A stretch of 64,000 bases of DNA, taken from Syntrophales bacterium. GTDB taxonomy: Bacteria > Desulfobacterota > Syntrophia > Syntrophales > UBA2210. The stretch's first letter is position 1; every line of letters begins with the position of its first letter. The notes under the pieces were generated by a model, which was not told the origin of the DNA, did no database searches, and worked only from the letters and a program-made list of their open reading frames with translations. Positions 20,685 to 30,357 of this stretch are shown one piece after another. The stretch lies in assembly GCA_963666365.2 (NCBI GenBank), contig CAXXNF010000002.1:1760001-1824000 (forward strand), given 5' to 3'. The position numbers were made by a program, and so were the translations under genes.

Positions 20685-21086
20685 TTATGGCACGATCCAC
20701 CTGCCTATGAAGTAGCTTGCCGCGGCGACGCTTGCCGTCAGGACCATGCCCCAGGTTATATCAACGATGACAATTTTGATCGGCCAGTCTCTCAATGTCG
20801 CGAAATTGGTAAGATCGTACGTAGCGTACGCAAAAAAACCGAAGAGCCCCCCCATGACAACTGCTCGGCCCAGTGATTGTTTTTCCAGGGCCGGCAGGGT
20901 GGCAAAGATCAGGATGCCGACAATGTACAGTAAATAGAATATTAAGGCTGCGGCCCAGTTGATGTCCTGACGGAAGAGATGGCCCAGACTGCTGCGGTAA
21001 AGATCCTTCGCCAGGACGCCGATCCAGAGCAAATCGATGCCGAAGAACACCGGTAGTGTCAAGAGATACAGATAGACCAGTTTCAT
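20685..21086 (-). CDS. DUF2177 membrane protein
   Basis: IDLLW, AALIFYLLY, YATYDLTN, DITWG; GGAGG RBS. Confidence 0.85.
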   Translation of the reverse strand: MKLVYLYLLTLPVFFGIDLLWIGVLAKDLYRSSLGHLFRQDINWAAALIFYLLYIVGILIFATLPALEKQSLGRAVVMGGLFGFFAYATYDLTNFATLRDWPIKIVIVDITWGMVLTASVAAASYFIGRWIVP

Positions 21087-21149
21087 GTGCAGTCCTCCCT
21101 CATTTTGTGGAAACTCCAATTCCCCCTGATATTTTCTCTCGGCCATCTA

Positions 21150-23114
21150 TCAGGGTTTTCTGAAGACCACCTGGACGTCGCTCAGAGCCTGCTCGTAAAA
21201 TCCGGCTTCACATATACTGAGATAGTATTTCCACTTTCGTTCAAAGGACTGATCGAAGCCAAGGTCTTGCAATTGATCGTGATGGTGTATAAAACGCTCA
21301 CGCCAGTCTCTCAGCGTTCGAGCATAGTGCCGTCCGATGTCTTCCAGGGTTTCCATGACCAGGTTCGAATGCCTGGTGGCGACATTGAGAAGAACCGTTA
21401 TAGAGGGTAAAAACCCTCCGGGAAAGATATATTTCTGAATCCAGTCCGTCTCTTTTCGGTAGGTTGCATACGCCTGATCGGGAATCGTGATTACCTGAAG
21501 AATGAGCAGCCCTCCCGGTTTCAACAGCCGATCGCACTGCCGGAAGAAGGTCCCGAAGTTTTTTTCGCCCACCGCTTCCAGCATTTCGATGGACACAATC
21601 TTATCGAAACGTCCTTCAACTTCCCGGTAGTCCTGAAGGAGGATCCGAATGCTGCTCTGAAGGCCAGCCTTTTTAACACGGTCGTGTGCAAGTCGATGCT
21701 GCGCATCAGAGATGGTGATACCCGTGACATGGCATCCTGTCTGCTGTGCAGCGTACAGGGCGAAACTGCCCCAGCCGCAGCCGATTTCCAGCACCTCGTC
21801 AGACGCCTTGATCCGTCCTTTATCCACAATCATCTGCAGTTTCCGCCGTTGTGCCTCTTCAAGGGTGTCCCTTTCGCCTTGATAAACCCCGCTTGAGTAA
21901 CTCATGGATTCATCGAGAAATAAGCTGAACAGTTCATTGCTGAGATCATAGTGGCTCTGGATGTTTCTGCGTGATCCCATGAGGCTGTTGGACCGGAGCA
22001 GATAAAGAAGGTCGTTTTTTCGTCGCGTAAGCCAGGCTGTTGCGGGATAGCCGTTTTTCAGGGCCTCCCTGTTTCTAATAAAGACTCGAAAGAGCGTGGG
22101 GATGTCTTTCGTATCCCAGAGGCCCCTTACATAGGTTTCTCCCAGGCCGACGTCGCCGCCCATAACCAGGCTTGTAAAGAATCCATAGTCATGGACCGTC
22201 ATGGCCGCCTTCAAATCGGCGTCGTCGTTCCCAAAGGCCTTGACGCGTCCGTCAGGAAGGCGCAGGTCGAGAGAACCACTGCTGATGCAGTCCAGGAGCT
22301 TTGTGACTATGACCATACAGGCCTTTTCCAACAGGCCTGGCGGCTTTTTGCGGATGGTCATCATGCTCATGGGAATCGGTTTTTCAATATAGGTAAGGTT
22401 CTTTTGAAAAAAGAGTTTCGCCGCTTCCAGGAAGATTCTCGGAATGGAAAGGTGAGGCATCAGGGGGTGCCTCGCTATCAGGGCAGCCAGCCCAAAGGAG
22501 GTCAGAGGTCTGGATTTCCCCCAAAGCCGCGCCTCAAAAACCTTCTCTTCCTCCCGATGCAGGATGATGCGGATGTCGATTTCCTCTCCCGGCATGGAGA
22601 AGAAGAACTCATACTGCCCCGCCGTCGAATTGAAGGGCGACACATGGAAGTTCTTATCGGCCCGGTAGTGGGCGGCATAGTCCGCCGCCTTTCCTTCAGC
22701 GGCTTTCAATATATACAGGTGCTTTTCGTTGAAGGTATTGTTGACCTCCGCAACAACGGCCACAAGCTCGCTCTCGGCAGACAGGCAATAATAAAAGCTC
22801 ACGGGATTGAAGATATAGTTGAAATAGCGGGCCGATGTAATGAGGAAGATGCCTGTGATGCGGTCCACATCTACTTCTTTATCCAGCCGTCGCAGAAGCT
22901 TTTCCCTGATAGCGCCGGGGCCCTGATCCAGATAATCTTTGTCATGGATGGAGACAGGGCGGAATCTGTTATAGGCAAAAAGGGGCAATGTGCGGTTAAG
23001 GTACGGCAGTTCGTCGAGGTCGAAACAATAGAAATAAAGGTTATACCGGAAATGATGTTCCGCCGGCTTGACGCGCTGATGTTCCGTGTAACCTTCATAA
23101 ATACATGATCTCAT
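21150..23114 (-). CDS. DUF1365 - cyclopropane fatty acid synthase-type methyltransferase fusion
   Basis: HQR..P..HHF.Y, FNPVSFYYC, AEVNNTF, FHVSPF, then HYDLSNE, LEIGCGWG, SIEMLEAVG, YIFPGG in one frame. Confidence 0.9.
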   Translation of the reverse strand: MRSCIYEGYTEHQRVKPAEHHFRYNLYFYCFDLDELPYLNRTLPLFAYNRFRPVSIHDKDYLDQGPGAIREKLLRRLDKEVDVDRITGIFLITSARYFNYIFNPVSFYYCLSAESELVAVVAEVNNTFNEKHLYILKAAEGKAADYAAHYRADKNFHVSPFNSTAGQYEFFFSMPGEEIDIRIILHREEEKVFEARLWGKSRPLTSFGLAALIARHPLMPHLSIPRIFLEAAKLFFQKNLTYIEKPIPMSMMTIRKKPPGLLEKACMVIVTKLLDCISSGSLDLRLPDGRVKAFGNDDADLKAAMTVHDYGFFTSLVMGGDVGLGETYVRGLWDTKDIPTLFRVFIRNREALKNGYPATAWLTRRKNDLLYLLRSNSLMGSRRNIQSHYDLSNELFSLFLDESMSYSSGVYQGERDTLEEAQRRKLQMIVDKGRIKASDEVLEIGCGWGSFALYAAQQTGCHVTGITISDAQHRLAHDRVKKAGLQSSIRILLQDYREVEGRFDKIVSIEMLEAVGEKNFGTFFRQCDRLLKPGGLLILQVITIPDQAYATYRKETDWIQKYIFPGGFLPSITVLLNVATRHSNLVMETLEDIGRHYARTLRDWRERFIHHHDQLQDLGFDQSFERKWKYYLSICEAGFYEQALSDVQVVFRKP

Positions 23115-23151
23115 TGCTAAGTCCCCATAAAGGCTTAAAAACATAAATCTT

Positions 23152-24426
23152 TTACAAATCGATCCCGAACAGGCGGCCGACCTCCACGGCTGAGCGCACC
23201 GCATCTTCATGAAAGCCGTAACCGAAATAACTTCCACAGAAAAATGTGTTCCGTTGACCGTTTAAGCGTCCCAATTCATTTTGGGATGAGAGGGAGCCGA
23301 AGGTGTATACCGGATGGGTATAATCCAGTTGCCGGATCACGGCGGTCTCGGCTATCGGCCGAGCCGGATTCAGGGTCACACAGTAGCGCTCTTTCGTCGT
23401 CAAGTTCTGCAGCCGCGTCATGTCGTAGGTCAGTGTAACGGGAGCGTCTGCGTCCATCCCCGCTTCGCGGATATAATTCCAGGACGCCCAGGCCCGAGGA
23501 TTTGGGGGCAGATAGGAACTATCCCTGTGCAGAACGGTGTTGTTTCGCGAATAGGTCCATGCCGAGAGGAGTCGCGTTTCCTCCGGCGACGGATCGGTGA
23601 GTAGCTTCAGGGCCTCATCGGCATGGGCGGCAATGATGACCCGGTCATAGAAGCTCTCGCCGGAGCCAGGCCTTTCAATGGCGACCCGCGCGGCCTCCCG
23701 CCGTATGCCTGTAACGGGGCAGTTTACGACGACCTTGCCACTGAAATCCTTGAGAAAGGACCGCACATACGTCTGGCTGCCTCCGCCAACAAAGTACCAT
23801 TGCGGATGCTCCGCCAGAGACAGGAGACCGTGATTCTCGTAAAACCGGGCGAACGTCTCAGCAGGAAAATCTGAGATCCTGCCGTCCGGTGCGGACCAGA
23901 TGGCCCCCGCCATGGGCAGGACAAATTCCCTGGCGACCTTCTTCGCAATCCCTTCCCTTTCAAGATGCTCTCCCAGGGTAATGCCAGCAAGGCCGCCCTC
24001 ATGGAGCCGCCGGCGTGTCGTGGTATTGAACTTGATGATTCCCCGCAGGAGGTTCCAGAACGATGGTTTGAGCAGATTTTGCCGCTGCGCGAAGATGCCG
24101 TCGAAATCCATGCTGGCATACTGCAGTCCCGTCTTTCGGTCCGTATAGCTGAAAGACATGTCCGTTTTGCTGATGGCGACGTTGAGCTGCGACAAAAAAC
24201 GGTTGAACAGAGGGTAGGTCCGGTCATTCAGCACAATGAAGCCCGTATCGACCGGCATTCCCCGGTCCGGACCATCGGGGATGATCACCGTATTCGTGTG
24301 TCCGCCGATGTAGTCGTTTTTTTCGTACAGTGTGACGTCATGCCGTCTCTGCATTAGATACGCCGCGACAATCCCCGCGACGCCGCCGCCCACTACAGCG
24401 ATTTTCAAGTGATTGATACCATCCAT
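23152..24426 (-). CDS. FAD-dependent oxidoreductase (UfaD-like, amine oxidase family)
   Basis: GGGVAG, GGHTNT, DTGFIV.N..TYP, WASWNY, YGFHEDA. Confidence 0.9.
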   Translation of the reverse strand: MDGINHLKIAVVGGGVAGIVAAYLMQRRHDVTLYEKNDYIGGHTNTVIIPDGPDRGMPVDTGFIVLNDRTYPLFNRFLSQLNVAISKTDMSFSYTDRKTGLQYASMDFDGIFAQRQNLLKPSFWNLLRGIIKFNTTTRRRLHEGGLAGITLGEHLEREGIAKKVAREFVLPMAGAIWSAPDGRISDFPAETFARFYENHGLLSLAEHPQWYFVGGGSQTYVRSFLKDFSGKVVVNCPVTGIRREAARVAIERPGSGESFYDRVIIAAHADEALKLLTDPSPEETRLLSAWTYSRNNTVLHRDSSYLPPNPRAWASWNYIREAGMDADAPVTLTYDMTRLQNLTTKERYCVTLNPARPIAETAVIRQLDYTHPVYTFGSLSSQNELGRLNGQRNTFFCGSYFGYGFHEDAVRSAVEVGRLFGIDL

Positions 24427-24477
24427 CGAATGAGGCCCTCCAATCTACACACGGGGTCAGTCCAAGTAATGTGTTGC

Positions 24478-25059
24478 TTATACCCTTTGCCTGATCCAGG
24501 TAATGATTGGTCCCAAGAGCGGGACCTGCTCATAGATGACGCCCGTGTCCCAGTAGTCCTGGTGAAAAATGATCTTGCCCTTTTCGTCAAACCGGACGTG
24601 GGACATACCCACGGCCTCAACAGGGTTATCTTTGTTGCGTTTCAACACCAGCGTCATGATCCAGCGGAAATAATAATTGCCGTCATGCACGGCGACATCC
24701 TGAATGTCGAAACGACAGTCAAGAAAGGCTTCCGTGGAGCTGACAAAGTATTCTTCAATGGCGTCGATGCCCTGGACCTCCCTGAAGCCGTCACGGAAAT
24801 AGGCATCCTCGCGGTAGAGGATCCTCACGGAGCTGCGGATTTTTTCCTCGGAGAAGACCTGATAGAACTCTCTGAACTGAGTGATGGCCTTTTTTTCTTC
24901 GTCGGATTCGGCCTTCAAATATGGTATGTCTTGCCGGTCCGTCTTCTTTAGCGCTTCATAATAGTTCTTCATATATGTTCCTTTTTTTGAAACATCATAA
25001 GAACACGCATAAACTAACATTAACCCCATGCCGATTGCAATCACATATTTTTTTCGCAT
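24478..25059 (-). CDS. NTF2/SnoaL-like lipoprotein
   Basis: Lipobox-like VYAC; Y.EDAYFRD, H.DYWD. Confidence 0.8.
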   Translation of the reverse strand: MRKKYVIAIGMGLMLVYACSYDVSKKGTYMKNYYEALKKTDRQDIPYLKAESDEEKKAITQFREFYQVFSEEKIRSSVRILYREDAYFRDGFREVQGIDAIEEYFVSSTEAFLDCRFDIQDVAVHDGNYYFRWIMTLVLKRNKDNPVEAVGMSHVRFDEKGKIIFHQDYWDTGVIYEQVPLLGPIITWIRQRV

Positions 25060-25134
25060 TGCCTCTTTCCTCCCCTGCGAGAACGACATAATTTCACCAA
25101 TCGACGCGTACGCATCGAATTCATACACAATCAT

Positions 25135-26559
25135 TTAACCTCTGCACAGGGCTTGCGCCGCGTAATAACCACATAATCCGTGTACGCCGCCGCCGGGAGG
25201 TGTCGACGAGGAGCAGATAAAAATATTATTTTGCGAGGTTCTGTATGGAACAGGGGATACCACAGGTCGGGCGTAGAGTTGCATTATATCCTGGAGACCT
25301 CCATTGATATCACCTCCAACGTAGTTTGGATTATGGCGCTCCATATCCATTGCGGTCATCGTGCTTTTCGCCATGATGATCTCCCGGAACCCGGGCGCGT
25401 ATTGTTCTATTTTTTCTTCTATGAGATCAACCACATTCTCCTCTGATCCATGGGGCACATGGCAGTATGCCCAGGCAGTGTGTCCGCCTTCGGGGGCCCG
25501 TGTAGGGTCGAAAAGGCTCGGCTGCGCCAGCACGATATAGGGAGATGCGTGCACATGTCCCACGCCTGCCTGGCGGACGGAGGCGTCGATCTCCTCGAAA
25601 GAATTTCCCAGATGCACGGTTCCGGCTTTCCTGCAGATAGGGGCCTTCCAGGGGATCGGCTCCTTAAGTGCCCAGTCGAACTTGCAAATACCCGGTCCGT
25701 AACGAAACCGGGACAGCTTATTTCGATACGCAGGAGAAAGATCAAGGTCGGCGATATTGAGGAGTTGCCTGGGTGTCAGATCGAAGAAATAAAATCTCGC
25801 CTGTGGCAATTCCTTCATGGACGTAATCCGTTTCCCCGTGATGATTTCACCCCCGTTGCCTCGAAAAGAATCCGCCAACGCGCCGGCCAGTCTCTGCGTG
25901 CCGCCCCGTATGGCTGGCCATCCCACCGCATGGGCCAGCAGAGCCAAAATAATACCGAACGCGGCTGTCGCGGGCTTGTCAAGGGGGATCATGGCATGCG
26001 CTGCCATACCGGCAAAGAGGGCGCGCGTCTGGTGTTTTTGGAATTTCGCATACGCAAAGTGTCTGGCAGTCTGGAGGGCGTGCATGGCAAAGCGGGCCAT
26101 GAGAAAAGGGTCTGCAGGAAAATGAAGAGGCGCCAAGATATCGGAGAGGAGCTTTTTGTGATTTTCCACCAAAGGCGTGAGGATTTTTTTATAAACCCTG
26201 CCATCGAGACCCAGGATATCCGCCGTGATTTCAAGAGATCGGTGGAGATATAGGGCCGATCCATCCTCGAAGGGATGGGCAAGCGGTATTTCGGGCTGTA
26301 CCCAGGACAGGCCGTGCCGATCAAGGTTGAGCCTGCGAAAGAAAGGAGAGGCAATGGTGAGGGGAAGAACGGCTGCGCAAATATCGTGAATGAAATGAGG
26401 CAGCGTGAGCTCTGCAGAACGCATCCCTCCGCCGATGGCGTCAGCTGCTTCCACCAAAATAACCGATTTGTATTTCGTACTCAGCTCAATGGCCGCCGCG
26501 AGACCGTTGGGACCTGCTCCCACGACAACGGCATCGCAGAACTCTCTGTTCCGTATCAA
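25135..26559 (-). CDS. Phytoene dehydrogenase-like FAD oxidoreductase
   Basis: GAGPNGL, HDIC, STPPGGGVHGLCG. Confidence 0.9.
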   Translation of the reverse strand: MIRNREFCDAVVVGAGPNGLAAAIELSTKYKSVILVEAADAIGGGMRSAELTLPHFIHDICAAVLPLTIASPFFRRLNLDRHGLSWVQPEIPLAHPFEDGSALYLHRSLEITADILGLDGRVYKKILTPLVENHKKLLSDILAPLHFPADPFLMARFAMHALQTARHFAYAKFQKHQTRALFAGMAAHAMIPLDKPATAAFGIILALLAHAVGWPAIRGGTQRLAGALADSFRGNGGEIITGKRITSMKELPQARFYFFDLTPRQLLNIADLDLSPAYRNKLSRFRYGPGICKFDWALKEPIPWKAPICRKAGTVHLGNSFEEIDASVRQAGVGHVHASPYIVLAQPSLFDPTRAPEGGHTAWAYCHVPHGSEENVVDLIEEKIEQYAPGFREIIMAKSTMTAMDMERHNPNYVGGDINGGLQDIMQLYARPVVSPVPYRTSQNNIFICSSSTPPGGGVHGLCGYYAAQALCRG

Positions 26560-26562
26560 TGG

Positions 26563-27897
26563 TCAAAAGCCTCTCGTCGTATCCTTTATGAAGTGAAGAC
26601 CTTTTTTCAGTATATAAGCCGGCATGGAGAACAATGAGCGAATGGCCGCGCTGTAACGCAGATTATTGAATGCTGTCCAACGGACGCGGGGATCGATGAG
26701 GACGTCCCGCTGTGAAAGTTCCCCTTGAACACCGAGGCGTCGCGCAAGATTCGTGAGCGTCGCATGCCAGAACTGGTCTTCCTGCTTCGCCCCGCCGAGG
26801 CTCAAACCCAGCTCCATGAGAGGATCTCCCGCTCTGAAGAGGGGGTTTACCTGAATGATCGTATCATTGTTGTGCTGAAAGCTGCTGAAGGTTATCCACC
26901 CGGCAAGGATGTGACCCTGAATGGTCATGAAGCTGAAGGACCTTTCATCAGTGTAAATGACCATAAGACCCGTCGCCAGGACGAGCCCGCCGGGAAGGGC
27001 CAGGTTTAGAACCGCTGCCGTGCCGGCCGCGATGGGAGCGTTACCGGAAGGGAAAAAACGGTTTCCCGCGGGCCAGAAACGGGGAAATTCAGATCGCCAC
27101 AGTTCGATTATCTGAATCGGGTCGAGTGTGGTATCGTGAATGTGAAGCCGGTATCTCTTATCCCAAAGCCGGCCGAATCCCGTGACGGGACTTGATGTCT
27201 CCCTGCCTTCAACATTGACATTCATCGCATCAGCGGCGATCTCACGAACAGATATGCGATTAACAGACCGCGCCCATCCGGGAAGGGGGAACTCCTCATA
27301 TGTTGATGGAACTCCCGGTGGCGAAACTATGTCTTCTCTGAAACCCACGCGCTGGTGGGCTTGTTCCACAGTATCAAAAACGGCAATCTCTTCATCAAGG
27401 CGGGTCAGACGGAAGACATCCCGTAAAGGATCCTTGAGCCCGCAGGCAGACAGGGAGACGTTGTGTTGAGCTGCCACTGACGCATACAGGACCAGCAAGC
27501 TTGCTCCCTCTACATCCATATGAGAAAGATGTGAAAAATTTAGAATGATGTTTCTATGGTTCGCCACGCTTTCCATGCATGCCTTTGAGAAGTCCTTTTC
27601 GCAGGCGCCGTTGAATGTGTCACCTATAGTCAAAGCCACCGTTTTTTCATCGAGAACTCTCGATGCAATAACGCACTGCCGCGCAGCGTGCTGAGAATCG
27701 GCACGGCAGGTATTCGTCAAGGACACTCCGTCGTAGACGAGGATTATTTCATGTCGAACCATATTCATGTCTTCATGTCTGATGTTGCCCTGGTTGCCTC
27801 TGCCAGACGCTTCTTCGCACGATGCAGACGATTTGAATATCCGGGAAGTGCCCGCAAAGCTGTCCTCACAAAAATGTTTTTCCCCATCTTCCGGCAT
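26563..27897 (-). CDS. STAS domain fused to DUF1990-like domain
   Basis: IILNFSHLSHMDVEG..VFRLTRL; then GFGRLWDK..SFSFMT..GH..AGWITFS; start may be 27768. Confidence 0.7.
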   Translation of the reverse strand: MPEDGEKHFCEDSFAGTSRIFKSSASCEEASGRGNQGNIRHEDMNMVRHEIILVYDGVSLTNTCRADSQHAARQCVIASRVLDEKTVALTIGDTFNGACEKDFSKACMESVANHRNIILNFSHLSHMDVEGASLLVLYASVAAQHNVSLSACGLKDPLRDVFRLTRLDEEIAVFDTVEQAHQRVGFREDIVSPPGVPSTYEEFPLPGWARSVNRISVREIAADAMNVNVEGRETSSPVTGFGRLWDKRYRLHIHDTTLDPIQIIELWRSEFPRFWPAGNRFFPSGNAPIAAGTAAVLNLALPGGLVLATGLMVIYTDERSFSFMTIQGHILAGWITFSSFQHNNDTIIQVNPLFRAGDPLMELGLSLGGAKQEDQFWHATLTNLARRLGVQGELSQRDVLIDPRVRWTAFNNLRYSAAIRSLFSMPAYILKKGLHFIKDTTRGF

Positions 27898-28015
27898 TGT
27901 TCACAGACCTTGTCTTCCGTCAGGCCGATAAAGGCAAGGGGCGGTTCGGTGATGATCTGCTTTGTCGGACACTCGACGCGTTCAATGCCATCTATGGGAG
28001 AAATGAATGATATGG

Positions 28016-28044
28016 ATTATAAGTTAAACAGCTTTGTGTGTCAA
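28016..28044 (-). promoter_or_regulatory. Perfect-consensus sigma70 promoter of the lipid-modification operon
   Basis: TTGACA-17 nt-TATAAT on minus strand. Confidence 0.8.
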
Positions 28045-28282
28045 TGTAATGGCCAACGGGCATGTAATAGGCGATCCTTCTTTCCTAGTCCGAACCCTCT
28101 AGTACCATATACTTCAAGGGGCCGGGCGGCATCGTTTCACCGGACATCACCGAGACCGGGCATGGGTTTCTGTGAAATCATTCTCTTGCTGTTTCAATCT
28201 TCTGTGCCGTTGGAAGTTGTGCTCAGGACGATAATGATGGTATGATGCAGGCAATGCTTACGACACCGCCGGACTCGACTCC

Positions 28283-29206
28283 ATGACCGAAACGAAAAAT
28301 AAAGAAACTTCTTCTTCTCCTTTTACCCGCAGCGCACGCGACGAGAGGTATATTCGAAAGGTTACGTGGGTAGGTCTGGTGGTAAATCTGCTGCTTTCGG
28401 GGTTCAAGCTCTTTGCCGGCATTGCCGGTTCGAGCCAGGCAATAGTGGCCGATGCCGTTCACAGTCTTTCCGACAGTGTGACCGATGTAGCCATACTCGT
28501 CGGGTCGCACTACTGGTCCATGCCACCCGACGAGACCCATCCCCACGGTCACCGTCGTATAGAAACGCTGGTAACCATTTTCATCGGGGTCGCGCTCCTT
28601 GTGGCCGCAGTCGAAATCGCCCGGGAAGCCTTTCATACCCTCCATGCGAAACACACAACGCCCCCGGGAGGAGTCGCTCTGGCGGCTGCCGGCGTTTCTA
28701 TTGTCTGTAAGGAGGCACTCTATCGGTGGACAGCACTTGCGGGGAAGCGGGTTCGCTCTCCGGCGCTTGCGGCAAATGCATGGCATCATCGTCTCGATGC
28801 GGTCAGTTCGGTTCCCGCGCTTCTTGCAGTGGGCGGTGCAATTTTAATACCCCGGTGGGCATTTCTTGATCATGTGGGCGCACTTGCCGTTTCCGTCCTG
28901 ATTATTCACGCGGCAGTGAAAATTATCCGGCCCGGAATCCGGGAATTTACCGATACCGGCGCCCCTAAACATATCCGTGACGAGATCACAGACATCGCCT
29001 TCAAAGAAAAAGGCGTCTGCGGTGTCCATGCATTGCGCACCCGATATATCGGCATGAGCCTGCAGGCGGATCTTCATGTGGTCGTTGACCGCTCGATGAC
29101 CGTGCAGGAGGGACACAAGGTGGCGGAAGCGGTAAAAGCACGTATTATCAACGAAGGACCTGATGTCGTCGATGTCCTGGTGCATATCGAACCGGACAAA
29201 GAATAA
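28283..29206 (+). CDS. Cation diffusion facilitator (FieF-like)
   Basis: ADAVHSLSD, HPHGH.R.E, AWHHRLD, VLVHIEP. Confidence 0.92.
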   Translation: MTETKNKETSSSPFTRSARDERYIRKVTWVGLVVNLLLSGFKLFAGIAGSSQAIVADAVHSLSDSVTDVAILVGSHYWSMPPDETHPHGHRRIETLVTIFIGVALLVAAVEIAREAFHTLHAKHTTPPGGVALAAAGVSIVCKEALYRWTALAGKRVRSPALAANAWHHRLDAVSSVPALLAVGGAILIPRWAFLDHVGALAVSVLIIHAAVKIIRPGIREFTDTGAPKHIRDEITDIAFKEKGVCGVHALRTRYIGMSLQADLHVVVDRSMTVQEGHKVAEAVKARIINEGPDVVDVLVHIEPDKE

Positions 29207-29216
29207 CCATCCTCAC

Positions 29217-29447
29217 TTATTCGATGATATCAAGGACGACACGCATCTTTTCCTTTGACGATACTGCCGATACGATCGTTCTTAATGCGTCCGCCGTTGT
29301 TCCGCCTTTTCCTATCACCTGCCCTAGATCCCCCTTTGCGACGTGCAATTCCAGAACCGTTGTAGTTCTCCCTTTCAGTTCCCGTACGTGCACTTCATTC
29401 GGATTGTCAACAAGCGTTTGTACTATGCGTGTGATCAGCTCTTTCAA
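29217..29447 (-). CDS. khpA: KH-domain RNA-binding protein, KhpA family
   Basis: LVDNP..DLGQVIGKGG; not in rpsP-rimM context, so possibly a paralog. Confidence 0.85.
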   Translation of the reverse strand: MKELITRIVQTLVDNPNEVHVRELKGRTTTVLELHVAKGDLGQVIGKGGTTADALRTIVSAVSSKEKMRVVLDIIE

Positions 29448-29647
29448 CTGTTCCCATCCTTTCTTCTGTTACAATGCAGCGAGACACGTCCGTTGTAATC
29501 CAACACCGGATCAAAACAACGTCTTAACCACTGAGTACTTTTCACTATAGAGCAAAAAACGATCGCTCCTTCCATGAACCTGTCGGTTCCCCCAGGATGC
29601 ATGGGCTGTGGAATGCGTACTTAGTGTGGAAATGTACCATCGAATGC

Positions 29648-29676
29648 ATAGTATGTACAACATGAAAGTGAGTAAA
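29648..29676 (-). promoter_or_regulatory. Putative sigma70 promoter of khpA
   Basis: TTTACT-17 nt-TACTAT. Confidence 0.5.
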
Positions 29677-29727
29677 AATATGAAATTGTGACGAACGACA
29701 CAGGGCACTCACTGTCCCGGCATTGGA

Positions 29728-30357
29728 TTAGCTGAGAGGCGCCACCGCAAAGATGAAGGCACTCCACAGGGAATGAGAAATAATAAGCGGCGCCAGGTTT
29801 TTTGTGTGCCCGTAAAGCATGCCCCAAAAGGCGCCGGCGACCGCTGCCGCTCCGATGAGAATAAAATTGAATGACCACAGGTGTACACTGGCATAACAGA
29901 TCGTCATCAGAAGAAATCCCTTAAGACTGCCGAAGCGCAGCGTCAAATTTTCCTGGAGAAATCCACGCCAGAATATTTCTTCACTCGGTCCGGTGATAAA
30001 AAGAAGTATGAGGAAGATACTCCACAAGGGAATGCCGCCTGCGTCCCGGTGGTATATATCCTTGATCTGGTCCTCCGCAAAGGGAAAAAGCATAGACGAA
30101 ATTTCCTTGCCTGCCCAGAATATGAAATAAAGCGCTATGGCGGCGGCAACACCCGTGAACAGCGCCTTCATGTCCATACGGAATCGGTCTGCCATAGTGC
30201 GCTGCGCCCACAGCGATGCGGCGGCCAGCATTGAGGCGGAAAGGGCGATTTTGATCCAGAAAGAACCGAAGGTCAGGTAAAATGTGGCGAACCACAGCAG
30301 ATGCGCGAGAACAACGGTTCCCGGAATCAGCAGTCTGGAACGCCTGATGCCGTTCAA
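29728..30357 (-). CDS. CPBP (CAAX/Abi) intramembrane protease
   Basis: EEIFWRG, YASVH, ISHSLW. Confidence 0.88.
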   Translation of the reverse strand: MNGIRRSRLLIPGTVVLAHLLWFATFYLTFGSFWIKIALSASMLAAASLWAQRTMADRFRMDMKALFTGVAAAIALYFIFWAGKEISSMLFPFAEDQIKDIYHRDAGGIPLWSIFLILLFITGPSEEIFWRGFLQENLTLRFGSLKGFLLMTICYASVHLWSFNFILIGAAAVAGAFWGMLYGHTKNLAPLIISHSLWSAFIFAVAPLS

